Shown here: piece after piece, positions 8,249-17,094 of the stretch
Layout: every line of letters begins with the position of its first letter
Numbering within the stretch: the stretch's first letter is position 1
Virus record (IMG/VR): IMGVR_UViG_3300025676_000667
Span: 1-30,799 of that record
Length of the DNA stretch: 30,799 bases
Direction: 5' to 3' (one strand)
From: a virus
Lineage: Duplodnaviria > Caudoviricetes
Program-made: the position numbers and the translations under genes
The notes under the pieces: generated by a model
Told to the model about the DNA's origin: nothing
The model's database searches: none
Seen by the model: only the letters and a program-made list of their open reading frames with translations

Positions 8249-9380
8249 TTTCTATTGCCTTTCTTATCTTTAAAGCACCCGCAGTTGTTCCATCAGTATC
8301 GCCGTGTATTGCTCCGCCGACATTTGCCATATAATCTATACCGAACTTTTCATTAATTGGTTTGATTAATTCTGCTTTCATTCCACAACTTAATGCGGGT
8401 ACTACATTTCTATCTCTAAGAACTTTTAAGGTGATTTTTAAATCTTCTTCATCATCACTTTTATATCCTCCCCACATTCCCGAATGAATAGTATCCACGC
8501 CTACCAATCCGGCAATATCACAAACTACATTCCAATCAACACCAAACCTATGAGTAGAGTCTGTAAATACTTTATCCCCACTCTTTTGAAAATGTATGTT
8601 GATAGGCAAATCTAATTTACGAACAGAATTATATGCACCAAGACCACACCACACATTTAGATGAACACCATTTCCACCATTCTCGTGAACAAACTTTACT
8701 CTGTTTAAAATGTCGTGTGGGTCACTGTTTACACAGAATGAATATACTATATTTCTGCCACAATTGTTTATGTAATCTGTGATGAGTTCTGTTCTATCTT
8801 CCAAAGAACAGAAAGCAGGATTTGATAAAATCTCATCTTCTTTTATAAAATCTACACCACCATCAACCAATTGTTTAGTCATATCTAAAAGTTGCTCTGG
8901 AGATAATCCAATTTTTGGTTTAATGATTGAACCAAATAATGGTTTGTCGTGTTGTCCAGTAAATTCTCTCATTCCAGTTATACCATATTTTGGACCAAGA
9001 AACTTATCTTCTACGCACTTTGGAAAAGAAATATCAACCAATCTACATTTAGTAATAATATCAATATCCATTTGCCCGCCCATTAATTGACACATCAAAT
9101 GAGAGATACCATCATTATCCCAATCAGTATTAACAACAGGAAATGCAATTTTGACTATTCCTTCTGTTTTGGATTCTAGTTCTTTTTCATCTCCGATTAT
9201 TATGCAAGAATTTCTCTCAAATAATTCATCAGTTTCCCATGCATTTCTTACATTGGGATTTCCTACACTTTGGCCTATTGCAAGATTCCACGCGGCATCT
9301 CTTAAAGAAGTTTTTGACCCCATTTCATATGTTGCAACCACATAATCATTAACATTTACTTGTTCTCTATAAAATTTCAT
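8226..9380 (-). CDS. RuBisCO-like protein (form IV-like RLP)
   Basis: IIKPKIGL (K175/K177 equivalents), GGVDFIKEDE (carbamylated-Lys/Mg motif), DTIHSG, PALSCG, NVGGAIHG. Start 9380 chosen for the ATGA overlap (track start 9389). Confidence 0.9.
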   Translation of the reverse strand: MKFYREQVNVNDYVVATYEMGSKTSLRDAAWNLAIGQSVGNPNVRNAWETDELFERNSCIIIGDEKELESKTEGIVKIAFPVVNTDWDNDGISHLMCQLMGGQMDIDIITKCRLVDISFPKCVEDKFLGPKYGITGMREFTGQHDKPLFGSIIKPKIGLSPEQLLDMTKQLVDGGVDFIKEDEILSNPAFCSLEDRTELITDYINNCGRNIVYSFCVNSDPHDILNRVKFVHENGGNGVHLNVWCGLGAYNSVRKLDLPINIHFQKSGDKVFTDSTHRFGVDWNVVCDIAGLVGVDTIHSGMWGGYKSDDEEDLKITLKVLRDRNVVPALSCGMKAELIKPINEKFGIDYMANVGGAIHGDTDGTTAGALKIRKAIENEMCYSS

Positions 9381-10012
9381 TTGTACCACATTGCTCCTAT
9401 TCCAAAATCATTACCACTACAATATTTTTTACTTTCAAATATACTATCATCTACTGCTTCAAATAGGACATATGGTCCTGGATGAGAATGAACATCATGA
9501 AAAGCAACAATTCCTTTTTTCGATAAAAATGGCATTACATAATTTTCCCATTCGTGCAAAACAGCATTAACTGAATGCCATCCGTCAATAAAAATAAAAT
9601 CGAATTCTTTAATGCCAAGTTCTTTTATTTTTGCATGTATAGTTTCTGTGTCAGTACTATTGCTTTGGTGAAAATGAATATTGTTTTCATCATCTTGAAT
9701 TGAACGATGTTCTATATCTACGCCCAAATATACAGTATCTTTATTTTTCATTTCTTTTAAAATTTCTGTAGATATTCCTGCATTGCTCGGCGCATGATGT
9801 TTGCCCATTACTCCTATTTCAAATATTGCTTTGCACTCATCCTTTATAGATGAAAATAAATCTCTAAATTTTGTAGCAACACATGGGGTAAAATGTTCTG
9901 GACAAGATATATTTTTCATATTTACAGAATCCAAATTATCTTTATCTTTTCCAATAGTAGGGGTAAATTTTAATCCTTCTATTTTTTTGTTTTCAATAAT
10001 ATCAATTTTCAT
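9377..10012 (-). CDS. Class I SAM-dependent methyltransferase (Methyltransf_24-like, probable sugar O-methyltransferase)
   Basis: IFEIGV, YLGVDI, FDFIFIDGWHS, GIVAFHD motifs. Confidence 0.8.
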   Translation of the reverse strand: MKIDIIENKKIEGLKFTPTIGKDKDNLDSVNMKNISCPEHFTPCVATKFRDLFSSIKDECKAIFEIGVMGKHHAPSNAGISTEILKEMKNKDTVYLGVDIEHRSIQDDENNIHFHQSNSTDTETIHAKIKELGIKEFDFIFIDGWHSVNAVLHEWENYVMPFLSKKGIVAFHDVHSHPGPYVLFEAVDDSIFESKKYCSGNDFGIGAMWYK

Positions 10013-10340
10013 TAAATTTCTCTTTAATTATTTTATCTCCAGGAACAGATGGTGTTTTTATTACTAGTACAGTACAATCTTCTAAAAAGTCTGGGTCTGC
10101 AACTTCATTCTTTTCTATAATAAAAATATCACCTTCGTTTAATTCTTTCTTTTGTATTATCATTTTACCTTTTATTAATAAGTTATATTCATCACTAAAT
10201 TCATGATAGTGAGGCGCCCAATATTCGCCCTTCTTGTGTGTCAGAACTCCAACTTCAAAATCTTTTGTTCTGAGAACAGATGGTTCAAAATCTCCAATAA
10301 ACCAACCTCTTGTCATATCGTCTATCTTATGCATTTTCAT
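10002..10340 (-). CDS. Small cupin-fold protein (possible sugar isomerase/epimerase)
   Basis: GWFIGDFEP, HYH...EYNLLIKG, L.EGDIF.I cupin signature; 112 aa. Confidence 0.75.
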   Translation of the reverse strand: MKMHKIDDMTRGWFIGDFEPSVLRTKDFEVGVLTHKKGEYWAPHYHEFSDEYNLLIKGKMIIQKKELNEGDIFIIEKNEVADPDFLEDCTVLVIKTPSVPGDKIIKEKFNEN

Positions 10341-11046
10341 TTTTAATATATTCTCTCAAATCATCGGGTGTACCAACGGAATTGTGTTGGTAATTTGGTA
10401 TGTGGTATATTCCGACCTTCTTTCCACTTTCTATCATATGATTGTAACTCAAAGACACATAATATTCTCCATTGGGTGCTTTATCATTCAACTTTACCAT
10501 TCTATCATAACTTTCAATGAAGTCAATCCCTCTTTTCCAAAAATGTATACCATTTAATGAAATATCACTAATGACTTCTTTTTCTTTTAATTCTTCTACA
10601 TAACCAAATTTATTTAATCTGGCATAACTATTTTTTGTTGTTTGAGATGTATATGTTACTATTACACCATCATAATCAGAAGCATTGCAACTAGAAATGA
10701 AATTAGAACCCGACCACCACATAATTTGGTCACAATTAGCAACCACCAGATTATCGTTATTATTAATATACTCTCTTACTAGATTGCATGTAGAAGCAGG
10801 TCCATCGGTAACATAATCAATTTCTTTGATGACACAATCTGGCTTTATTTTTTTTAACACTTGATTTATATTTTCAGAATATTCAGTATTTCTGGTGATA
10901 AAAATATATTTTCCATCTATATCCAAAGATTCTATTGCTTTCTGTATCATTGGGATACCATTTATATCAATTGATGGTTTTGGTTTATCGAATCCATCGT
11001 CTTGAAATCTCTTTCCAAGACCTGCCATTGGTATTATTATATTCAC
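10327..11046 (-). CDS. Sugar-phosphate nucleotidyltransferase (NTP_transferase family)
   Basis: IIIPMAGLGKRF...PKP.I.ING.PMI, TDGPAST, VANCDQ, EKEVISD, NGEYYV, VGTPDDL. Confidence 0.88.
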   Translation of the reverse strand: MNIIIPMAGLGKRFQDDGFDKPKPSIDINGIPMIQKAIESLDIDGKYIFITRNTEYSENINQVLKKIKPDCVIKEIDYVTDGPASTCNLVREYINNNDNLVVANCDQIMWWSGSNFISSCNASDYDGVIVTYTSQTTKNSYARLNKFGYVEELKEKEVISDISLNGIHFWKRGIDFIESYDRMVKLNDKAPNGEYYVSLSYNHMIESGKKVGIYHIPNYQHNSVGTPDDLREYIKNENA

Positions 11047-11774
11047 ACCAATCTCCCTAATATATTTTCTATAGTTTCTTCAGGAGGATATGGTTTAGGA
11101 AAATGAATATCAGCCCTATCACCCGCCATACTTAATAATTTAACTTGTCCTCTATATTCTCGTATCATGTCAGAAGAATACATTTCATCCAAGCACCATT
11201 TTCCTCCACTCTCAACACTAACCTCTTTTAAAAACGAAGCAGGATTGTCTGAATACCCGTTATATTTGTTAGAATAATCTAAAGAATTAAACTTTTTAAT
11301 TTCATCCTTAAACGAATCGTCAAATTGTAATACTTCCTTGAATGTTGAACCTTTTGCCACATGATAATATGAAGGAACTGTAGATGTTCCGTCCCAAAAA
11401 GAATTAATTGGGTTATATCCTGTTGCATTCATTACAACATACGAAGATTCATCAAAAGATTCAATTTTATTATTAAAATAATCAATGTCTAGAATACACA
11501 TATCCATTCCACTCGTCATACAAGTTTTGTCTGGGTAAAAAGATGATACCCAAAAATATCCCCATATTGCAGACAAATAAGTAGGAATATCATCACCACA
11601 GTATATTCTATGAACATCTCCATATTCTTCGGAGAGTTCGATATCTTCTTTGCCGGTGTAGAGAATGGCGCTGTTCAGATTTAACTCGGTTTTTAAGAAC
11701 TTGGAAATGGGTTTCCAAAATCTTGTATATTCATCTTTTTCGTTTACCGAAAATGTAATCATATCTATTTTCAT
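11043..11774 (-). CDS. Hypothetical protein, possible GT-A glycosyltransferase
   Basis: Translationally coupled within the glycan cluster; YTRFW, CMTSGMDM (degenerate DxD), YYHVAKG, WCLDE. Confidence 0.4.
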   Translation of the reverse strand: MKIDMITFSVNEKDEYTRFWKPISKFLKTELNLNSAILYTGKEDIELSEEYGDVHRIYCGDDIPTYLSAIWGYFWVSSFYPDKTCMTSGMDMCILDIDYFNNKIESFDESSYVVMNATGYNPINSFWDGTSTVPSYYHVAKGSTFKEVLQFDDSFKDEIKKFNSLDYSNKYNGYSDNPASFLKEVSVESGGKWCLDEMYSSDMIREYRGQVKLLSMAGDRADIHFPKPYPPEETIENILGRLV

Positions 11775-11784
11775 AATTTACCTC

Positions 11785-12453
11785 TTATTCGCTCGGGCTT
11801 TTACCCATACTATTATCAATATTCCAGTAACATTCACCTCTTATTATATTTATTCCTTCTAAATGGTCTTTTAAAAGAAGTTCTGTATAGAAATCATTTC
11901 TTTTTTGTGCATGTTCGACAGCACTATTAAAAAAATCACAATAGTGTATCATATTTTTATAATCTCCTATTGCAAATGTGTCTACTATACCATATCTTGG
12001 GTCTGGATTTCCGTCCATATTATAAGGAATAAATATTCCATTATTTAATTCGTTTAAATTTAATTCAAGAGTTGTTCCAAAGGTGAAGTCAAATCTTATT
12101 TTGGCTATAAAGTCGTATGAATCATTAATGAATGTGCTTGCTAAATATATTTTTCTTAATTGATAATACAATCTAGGAGCAATAGAAGGTGGAGAACCAT
12201 GGACCAACAGTTCACATTCTTTCCATTCTCTCGGAACTTCCTCTATATCATTTCTCTTTTCCAAGACACAAACTTTAGGATTTAGGCAATCTATTATGTT
12301 GTTTACTTCATCATGAAAATATGTGTGAACAAAACAATCTACTTCAGCCCTTTCTTTTAATGGGTTTATTAAATTTTCTAAATGGTTTTCTTGATTTTCT
12401 CTTTTTGCAAAAGACCTAATATCACCAGAATATATTAATGCACATTTAGTCAT
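11785..12453 (-). CDS. Putative glycosyltransferase, K.A...SG..R family (paralog 1)
   Basis: MTKCALIYSGDIR, DCFVHTY, YDFIAKIRFD, VDTFAIG...MIHY, TELLLKDHL. Start 12453 chosen by paralog alignment (track start 12483). Confidence 0.55.
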   Translation of the reverse strand: MTKCALIYSGDIRSFAKRENQENHLENLINPLKERAEVDCFVHTYFHDEVNNIIDCLNPKVCVLEKRNDIEEVPREWKECELLVHGSPPSIAPRLYYQLRKIYLASTFINDSYDFIAKIRFDFTFGTTLELNLNELNNGIFIPYNMDGNPDPRYGIVDTFAIGDYKNMIHYCDFFNSAVEHAQKRNDFYTELLLKDHLEGINIIRGECYWNIDNSMGKSPSE

Positions 12454-13210
12454 TTTTGTCACCCAAGAATAAAAGAAGGTCATTTACTATTTTTTCGTGT
12501 GTATAATGCTTCATTGCATTACTTCCAACAACATTAATATTATGATATAAAGTTTGTTCTGTTTGATATCTGACTGTGTTTAATTTATATGATTTTGTAT
12601 AAATGTGTACTTCGGACTTCCAAACATCGTTCATTAAAAAATATTTATCATCATAAAATCTATCCAACAAATAATCAATATTTGCAATATATGGACTATC
12701 TCCCATACAGGCCTCACCCAATTTGTCTATCACGGTCTGTATATCATTATACCATATTGTTAATCCGTCCCGTTCAAATTTTCTTTCAACATCACAACAT
12801 CCTGTAACATTTGGGTCGCAATTATCTACATGAAGCATTTTTAAATCTTTTTCATAAAATAGGTCAATAGAAGATTTTAATAAATCATATGATTTTGTCA
12901 CACAAAACCCATCATCCTGACAAAAGAAAATAGAATCTGCTTCCAAATTCTTCATACACTCGATAGCATTCTTAACACACAATGGATATGTAATTTCATT
13001 TTGTTTTAATATTATTAAATTATCATAATATGGTTTTAAATATTTTTCATTTATATGTTCCACATATTCGTCACTGCTATTGTGAAAGGAAAATATATTA
13101 GCCTTAAAATTGTTACGAAACTGGTGGTCTAATTTATTTTCTTTTCTTAGTTTAAATAGTATTTCTCTATCATCACCGTATGTTTGAGTAAAACTACAAG
13201 TATTATACAT
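12446..13210 (-). CDS. Hypothetical protein, possible GT-A glycosyltransferase
   Basis: IFFCQDD acidic motif at a GT-A-like position; cluster context. Start 13210 (ATG) preferred to track start 13228. Confidence 0.4.
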   Translation of the reverse strand: MYNTCSFTQTYGDDREILFKLRKENKLDHQFRNNFKANIFSFHNSSDEYVEHINEKYLKPYYDNLIILKQNEITYPLCVKNAIECMKNLEADSIFFCQDDGFCVTKSYDLLKSSIDLFYEKDLKMLHVDNCDPNVTGCCDVERKFERDGLTIWYNDIQTVIDKLGEACMGDSPYIANIDYLLDRFYDDKYFLMNDVWKSEVHIYTKSYKLNTVRYQTEQTLYHNINVVGSNAMKHYTHEKIVNDLLLFLGDKND

Positions 13211-14324
13211 TATTAATAACCTTTGCAATTCTTTCTACATCTTCTCTGGTCATAAAAGGATGCATCGGTAAACTCATCAATTGTTCTGCATATAAACGAG
13301 TATTGGTATTATTCCAACCCTTATCTTCATATATCTTTGTCTGCTCTATAGGTATTGGGTAGTGTATACCAGATTGGATGTCGTTATCATTAAGTTTAGA
13401 CATTACTTCATCTCTATTTAAATCCAAAAGACGAACACAATAGATATGATAAGTATGGCGTCCACAATAAGATGCCTTTTTTGGTTTGATGATTTTGTCG
13501 TTTTGAATTAATTCATCATACCAAGATGCTATCTTTTCTCTATTTTCGTTCCATTCATTTAGGTGTTTTAGTTTTTCATCTACTATAATTGCCTGAATTG
13601 AATCTAATCGGTTATTGTAGCCCTTTCTTTCATAATAATACTTCTCTACTGCTCCCCAATTTTGAAGAAGTTTTAGAGTATCATAGAAATGTTTGTTATT
13701 TGTTGTAATAACTCCTGCATCACCGGCCGCACCAAGATTTTTTCCAGGATACATTGAAAAGGCAGACATGTGACCAAATGTTCCAACTGGTCGTCCTTTG
13801 TTTGTTGTTGTACCGTGTGCTTGCGAACAATCTTCAATTACCCAACAGTTGAACATGCGAGAAAGTTTCATAATTTTTTCTATATCACATGCACTTCCAT
13901 ATAAATGAACTGGCATAATTACACATTCGTCCCAATCTCCCCTTCGTTTTGAAAGAATATCTTCTAATGTGTTCATATCCATTTGGTAATATTCATCACA
14001 ATCTATTAGGATAAATTCTGCATTTGGTAAGGCCATTTCTGCTCCTAAAAGGGTAGCAATAAATGTGTTTGCGGGGACAATGATTCCTACTTTACCTTCT
14101 AAATTTAAAGCCTCCACACAAAGTTTTAATGCATCTGTTCCGTTTGATACACCAACCGCATAATCCGTTCCAATATATTGTGCAAAGTTGTTTTCAAATG
14201 TGTTTACATCTGGACCATTAATGTAGGATGAACTATTAAATAGATTATCTATTCTTGGTAGGGCATCATCTTTGATTACTTCCCATTGTTTTCCTAAATC
14301 ATTAAATAAAATTCTATTCACCAT
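13203..14324 (-). CDS. DegT/DnrJ/EryC1/StrS PLP-dependent sugar aminotransferase
   Basis: VSNGTDAL, PANTFIAT, PVHLYG, IEDCSQAHG, FSMYPGKNLGAAGDAG (PLP Lys), GYNNRLD, LSLP-like MSLPMHP. Confidence 0.95.
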   Translation of the reverse strand: MVNRILFNDLGKQWEVIKDDALPRIDNLFNSSSYINGPDVNTFENNFAQYIGTDYAVGVSNGTDALKLCVEALNLEGKVGIIVPANTFIATLLGAEMALPNAEFILIDCDEYYQMDMNTLEDILSKRRGDWDECVIMPVHLYGSACDIEKIMKLSRMFNCWVIEDCSQAHGTTTNKGRPVGTFGHMSAFSMYPGKNLGAAGDAGVITTNNKHFYDTLKLLQNWGAVEKYYYERKGYNNRLDSIQAIIVDEKLKHLNEWNENREKIASWYDELIQNDKIIKPKKASYCGRHTYHIYCVRLLDLNRDEVMSKLNDNDIQSGIHYPIPIEQTKIYEDKGWNNTNTRLYAEQLMSLPMHPFMTREDVERIAKVINNV

Positions 14325-15123
14325 ATTCTAAAATCTCCATGACGCTCATAGTTAAATCTTCTTGATTAAAATCATCATCTATAAAACTATTTATAGAGTT
14401 TTTTAGAGGAGAATTCGTTTTCGGAAAATCTATCACTTCACCATTGAATGTTATTGTATTTGTGGTATCGTCCCATGTCAAAAATCCTGCATCAAACTCA
14501 AATATACATTTTCTGTCTTTTCTTCCATATTCCCAACTAGAATGAAGAACAGCATCGAAATTTTTATATTGTAATATGCCTATACAGGTATCACTTACAA
14601 AACTATTTTTATTTCTTTTGTAGAGATTCCAATTAATTGATGTTGGTTGTTCTTCGCAAATATATTGTATGATTGAAACATCATGAGATGCCAAATCCCA
14701 TTTGGCTGACACATCTTTTCTTTCTGGTCCAGAATTTAATCTATTCATAGATAAATTTCTTAACCCACCATATATCTCATTGTTGTATAAATTCTTGATA
14801 AAGTTCACAGCATCGTTGAAGGTGAATATCCAATCAACGAAAAGGCTTGCTTTATTTTGTTTGGCAATTTGATAAAGGACACTACATTCTTTTTTGTGTA
14901 TTGCTAACGGCTTTTCACAAAAAACATCTATTCCTCTTGACAGAAGGTCTTTAACAATCTGAAAGTGTGTAACCGTTGGAGTTATGACAAAAACTTTGTT
15001 GCAGGAATTTATTTCTTCTTGGCTGCCTATTCCTTCTATCGGGTCGTATATTACGACATCTTCATTCAAATTTGAATGAATTATCTTTCCCCAATATCCA
15101 TAACCAACTATTCCAATTTTCAT
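14314..15123 (-). CDS. Gfo/Idh/MocA NAD-dependent oxidoreductase (sugar 3-dehydrogenase-like)
   Basis: GIVGYGYWG, ITP..TH, VFCEKPLA, WDLASHD. Confidence 0.9.
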   Translation of the reverse strand: MKIGIVGYGYWGKIIHSNLNEDVVIYDPIEGIGSQEEINSCNKVFVITPTVTHFQIVKDLLSRGIDVFCEKPLAIHKKECSVLYQIAKQNKASLFVDWIFTFNDAVNFIKNLYNNEIYGGLRNLSMNRLNSGPERKDVSAKWDLASHDVSIIQYICEEQPTSINWNLYKRNKNSFVSDTCIGILQYKNFDAVLHSSWEYGRKDRKCIFEFDAGFLTWDDTTNTITFNGEVIDFPKTNSPLKNSINSFIDDDFNQEDLTMSVMEILEYGE

Positions 15124-15992
15124 TTAATTACCCTCTGTTTAATAAAATCAACCCAGTACTTTTGCTTCATTATAACATCAACATTAGAAAAATCAAACTC
15201 TAAATCAAATATATTCTCATTTATATCAGTCCATTCATCTACAAATAATATCGGAATATTGTGTGTCTTTGCCATTATTTCTAGTCCAGATTCCCACCAA
15301 TGGGAAAAAGTTCTTTTCATAATGGGAACTGTGTGTCTTATCAAGCATTCCCATGTCCGGCCGGGGTCATTTGCCCACGATGCACCAGGAAGAACTATAC
15401 AAAATTTAGATTTGTTTATATTTTCTATATGTGTATCATAGTCTAGTTTAAATTCTGGGTTGTCACATATGAACTGATTTTGTTCAATTTCTTTCATAAA
15501 GGATGGTCTTGCACTATGCCCACAATATTCTGCGGCATGGTGTGGATAATATAGTTTATCTTTTTTATCTTTAAATTCTATTCTATTTTCTACTACTTTA
15601 TTCAATTCTTCTGTAGTTGGTTCATTTTCTCCAAATCCCCAAGGAATAGGAAACAGTTTAGTATTATTGAAGTGTAACTTGGCATTCAAGTTAGTACAAA
15701 ATATATTATTTATCTTTAAATCATCAAGATATCGGTGATTAATAACATAATCTCCCTTGTGGATTATTAAATTTATTGGGTGTTCCAATTTCTCTAAAAC
15801 TCGCTTAAAATGTTCATGTTGAATATAATCAACTCTACAAAAAACCAAATCATTTTCTTTTATTTTTTCTATATCAGAAAGAAAATTATAAAGTGATTCT
15901 CTTGCGTTTGGGCCCTGGTCAACTTCATAATTTAATATGTGGTCACACATGTTCATAAAATGAACATTTCTGATAAAATCTTTATTCATCAT
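15120..15992 (-). CDS. Putative glycosyltransferase (exostosin/GT47-like C-terminal motif)
   Basis: SKFCIVLPG...DPGRTWECL...TVPI...PILFVDEW pattern; PIPWG. Confidence 0.6.
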   Translation of the reverse strand: MMNKDFIRNVHFMNMCDHILNYEVDQGPNARESLYNFLSDIEKIKENDLVFCRVDYIQHEHFKRVLEKLEHPINLIIHKGDYVINHRYLDDLKINNIFCTNLNAKLHFNNTKLFPIPWGFGENEPTTEELNKVVENRIEFKDKKDKLYYPHHAAEYCGHSARPSFMKEIEQNQFICDNPEFKLDYDTHIENINKSKFCIVLPGASWANDPGRTWECLIRHTVPIMKRTFSHWWESGLEIMAKTHNIPILFVDEWTDINENIFDLEFDFSNVDVIMKQKYWVDFIKQRVIK

Positions 15993-16390
15993 ATAGCAGG
16001 ATTTCCTTTTACTGTCATTCCGTCTGGAACATCTTTAGTTACAACAGAACCTGCTCCAATAACAACATCATTTCCTATATTTACAGGTAAGATGGTTGCA
16101 TTTGACCCTATTCGTACTCGGTCGCCAATTTTTGTTTTCTTCATTTTCCAATCCTTTATGGATTTTGAATCTGAAAAAACATCATTAATGAACATGACTC
16201 CATGACCCACAAAACAATCTTCTCCTATATCAACCCCCTCACATATAAAAGTATGACTGCTTATTCTAGTGTTTTTACCAATATTACTGTCCTTTTGAAT
16301 CTCAACAAAAGGACCAACAAACACACCATCGCCCAATTCACACCCATAAATATTTACTAATTGTGGGTGTGGTATATTTACATTATTCAT
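15989..16390 (-). CDS. Hexapeptide-repeat (left-handed beta-helix) sugar N-acetyltransferase
   Basis: VGPFVEIQ, ISSHTFICEGV.IG..CFVGHGVMFIND, IGSNATILPV.IG, IGAGSVVTKDVP, GNPA. Confidence 0.93.
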   Translation of the reverse strand: MNNVNIPHPQLVNIYGCELGDGVFVGPFVEIQKDSNIGKNTRISSHTFICEGVDIGEDCFVGHGVMFINDVFSDSKSIKDWKMKKTKIGDRVRIGSNATILPVNIGNDVVIGAGSVVTKDVPDGMTVKGNPAI

Positions 16391-17094
16391 GTTTGACTTG
16401 CCTCCAACATTACAGCATACTCTTGTGTTGGATTATCATTTTCATCATATACTTGACCAACAAAATCATTCCAATCTTTTCTGGGTTTAGGAAATGGAAC
16501 TCCATTAAAATATTCAATTGAATTATTTAGTCTATTCAACAATGGAGTTCCAACAAAAAATTCATCATGGGACAATGCATTATTTGAAATCTTTGGCCAA
16601 ACATGCTCCCTTAAAAAGTTTTGGTCTACTTGTATGAAATTACCTTTACTGTATTCATTTATAGATTCTTCTATACCTTTGAGAATTCCGTTTCTGCATC
16701 CCCACATACCACCAAGAATTTGTGTGCCATGATATGGGTGGTCCCTCATTATATGGAAATCTTTATCGGACTCTAACCATTCGTTTACAGCATAAACTTC
16801 TCGTTCAGATACTCTTGAATCTGTATCTCTAGACAGAACTACATCATCACTATCCGCAGAAAGAAATCTCCAAAACATTCCTGTCCAATCACCTTCTTCA
16901 TCCATCAAAATAACTTCAGTGTTTGAAACTTCATTCAGTTTATCTAGAATGTCTTGTGGTACACTTCTGCCACAATAAAAACGACCAATCCAACCAGAGT
17001 AAAGTTCTTGAACCAACTCTGCATTCTTTATTGCTCCTATTGTGTATTTGGGGTCATCGCCCCAAAGACTAAAACTAACTATTTTGTTTGACAT
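16387..17094 (-). CDS. Hypothetical protein, putative glycosyltransferase
   Basis: IVSFSLWG..P.Y..GA..N, MFWRF, SRDTDSR (DxD), HIMRDHP.H, GGMWG, DQ.FL. Start 17094 (ATG) preferred to track start 17118. Confidence 0.55.
   Translation of the reverse strand: MSNKIVSFSLWGDDPKYTIGAIKNAELVQELYSGWIGRFYCGRSVPQDILDKLNEVSNTEVILMDEEGDWTGMFWRFLSADSDDVVLSRDTDSRVSEREVYAVNEWLESDKDFHIMRDHPYHGTQILGGMWGCRNGILKGIEESINEYSKGNFIQVDQNFLREHVWPKISNNALSHDEFFVGTPLLNRLNNSIEYFNGVPFPKPRKDWNDFVGQVYDENDNPTQEYAVMLEASQT

Noticed and set aside
8226-9380. Phage-encoded CO2-fixing RuBisCO
   Set aside because: Key carboxylation residues appear substituted, the protein is short (384 aa), and no small subunit or phosphoribulokinase gene is nearby.
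14388-14395. Exact T4 late promoter TATAAATA on the minus strand
   Set aside because: It lies inside the oxidoreductase CDS, and an all-A/T 8-mer is expected by chance in DNA this AT-rich; not excluded but unsupported.
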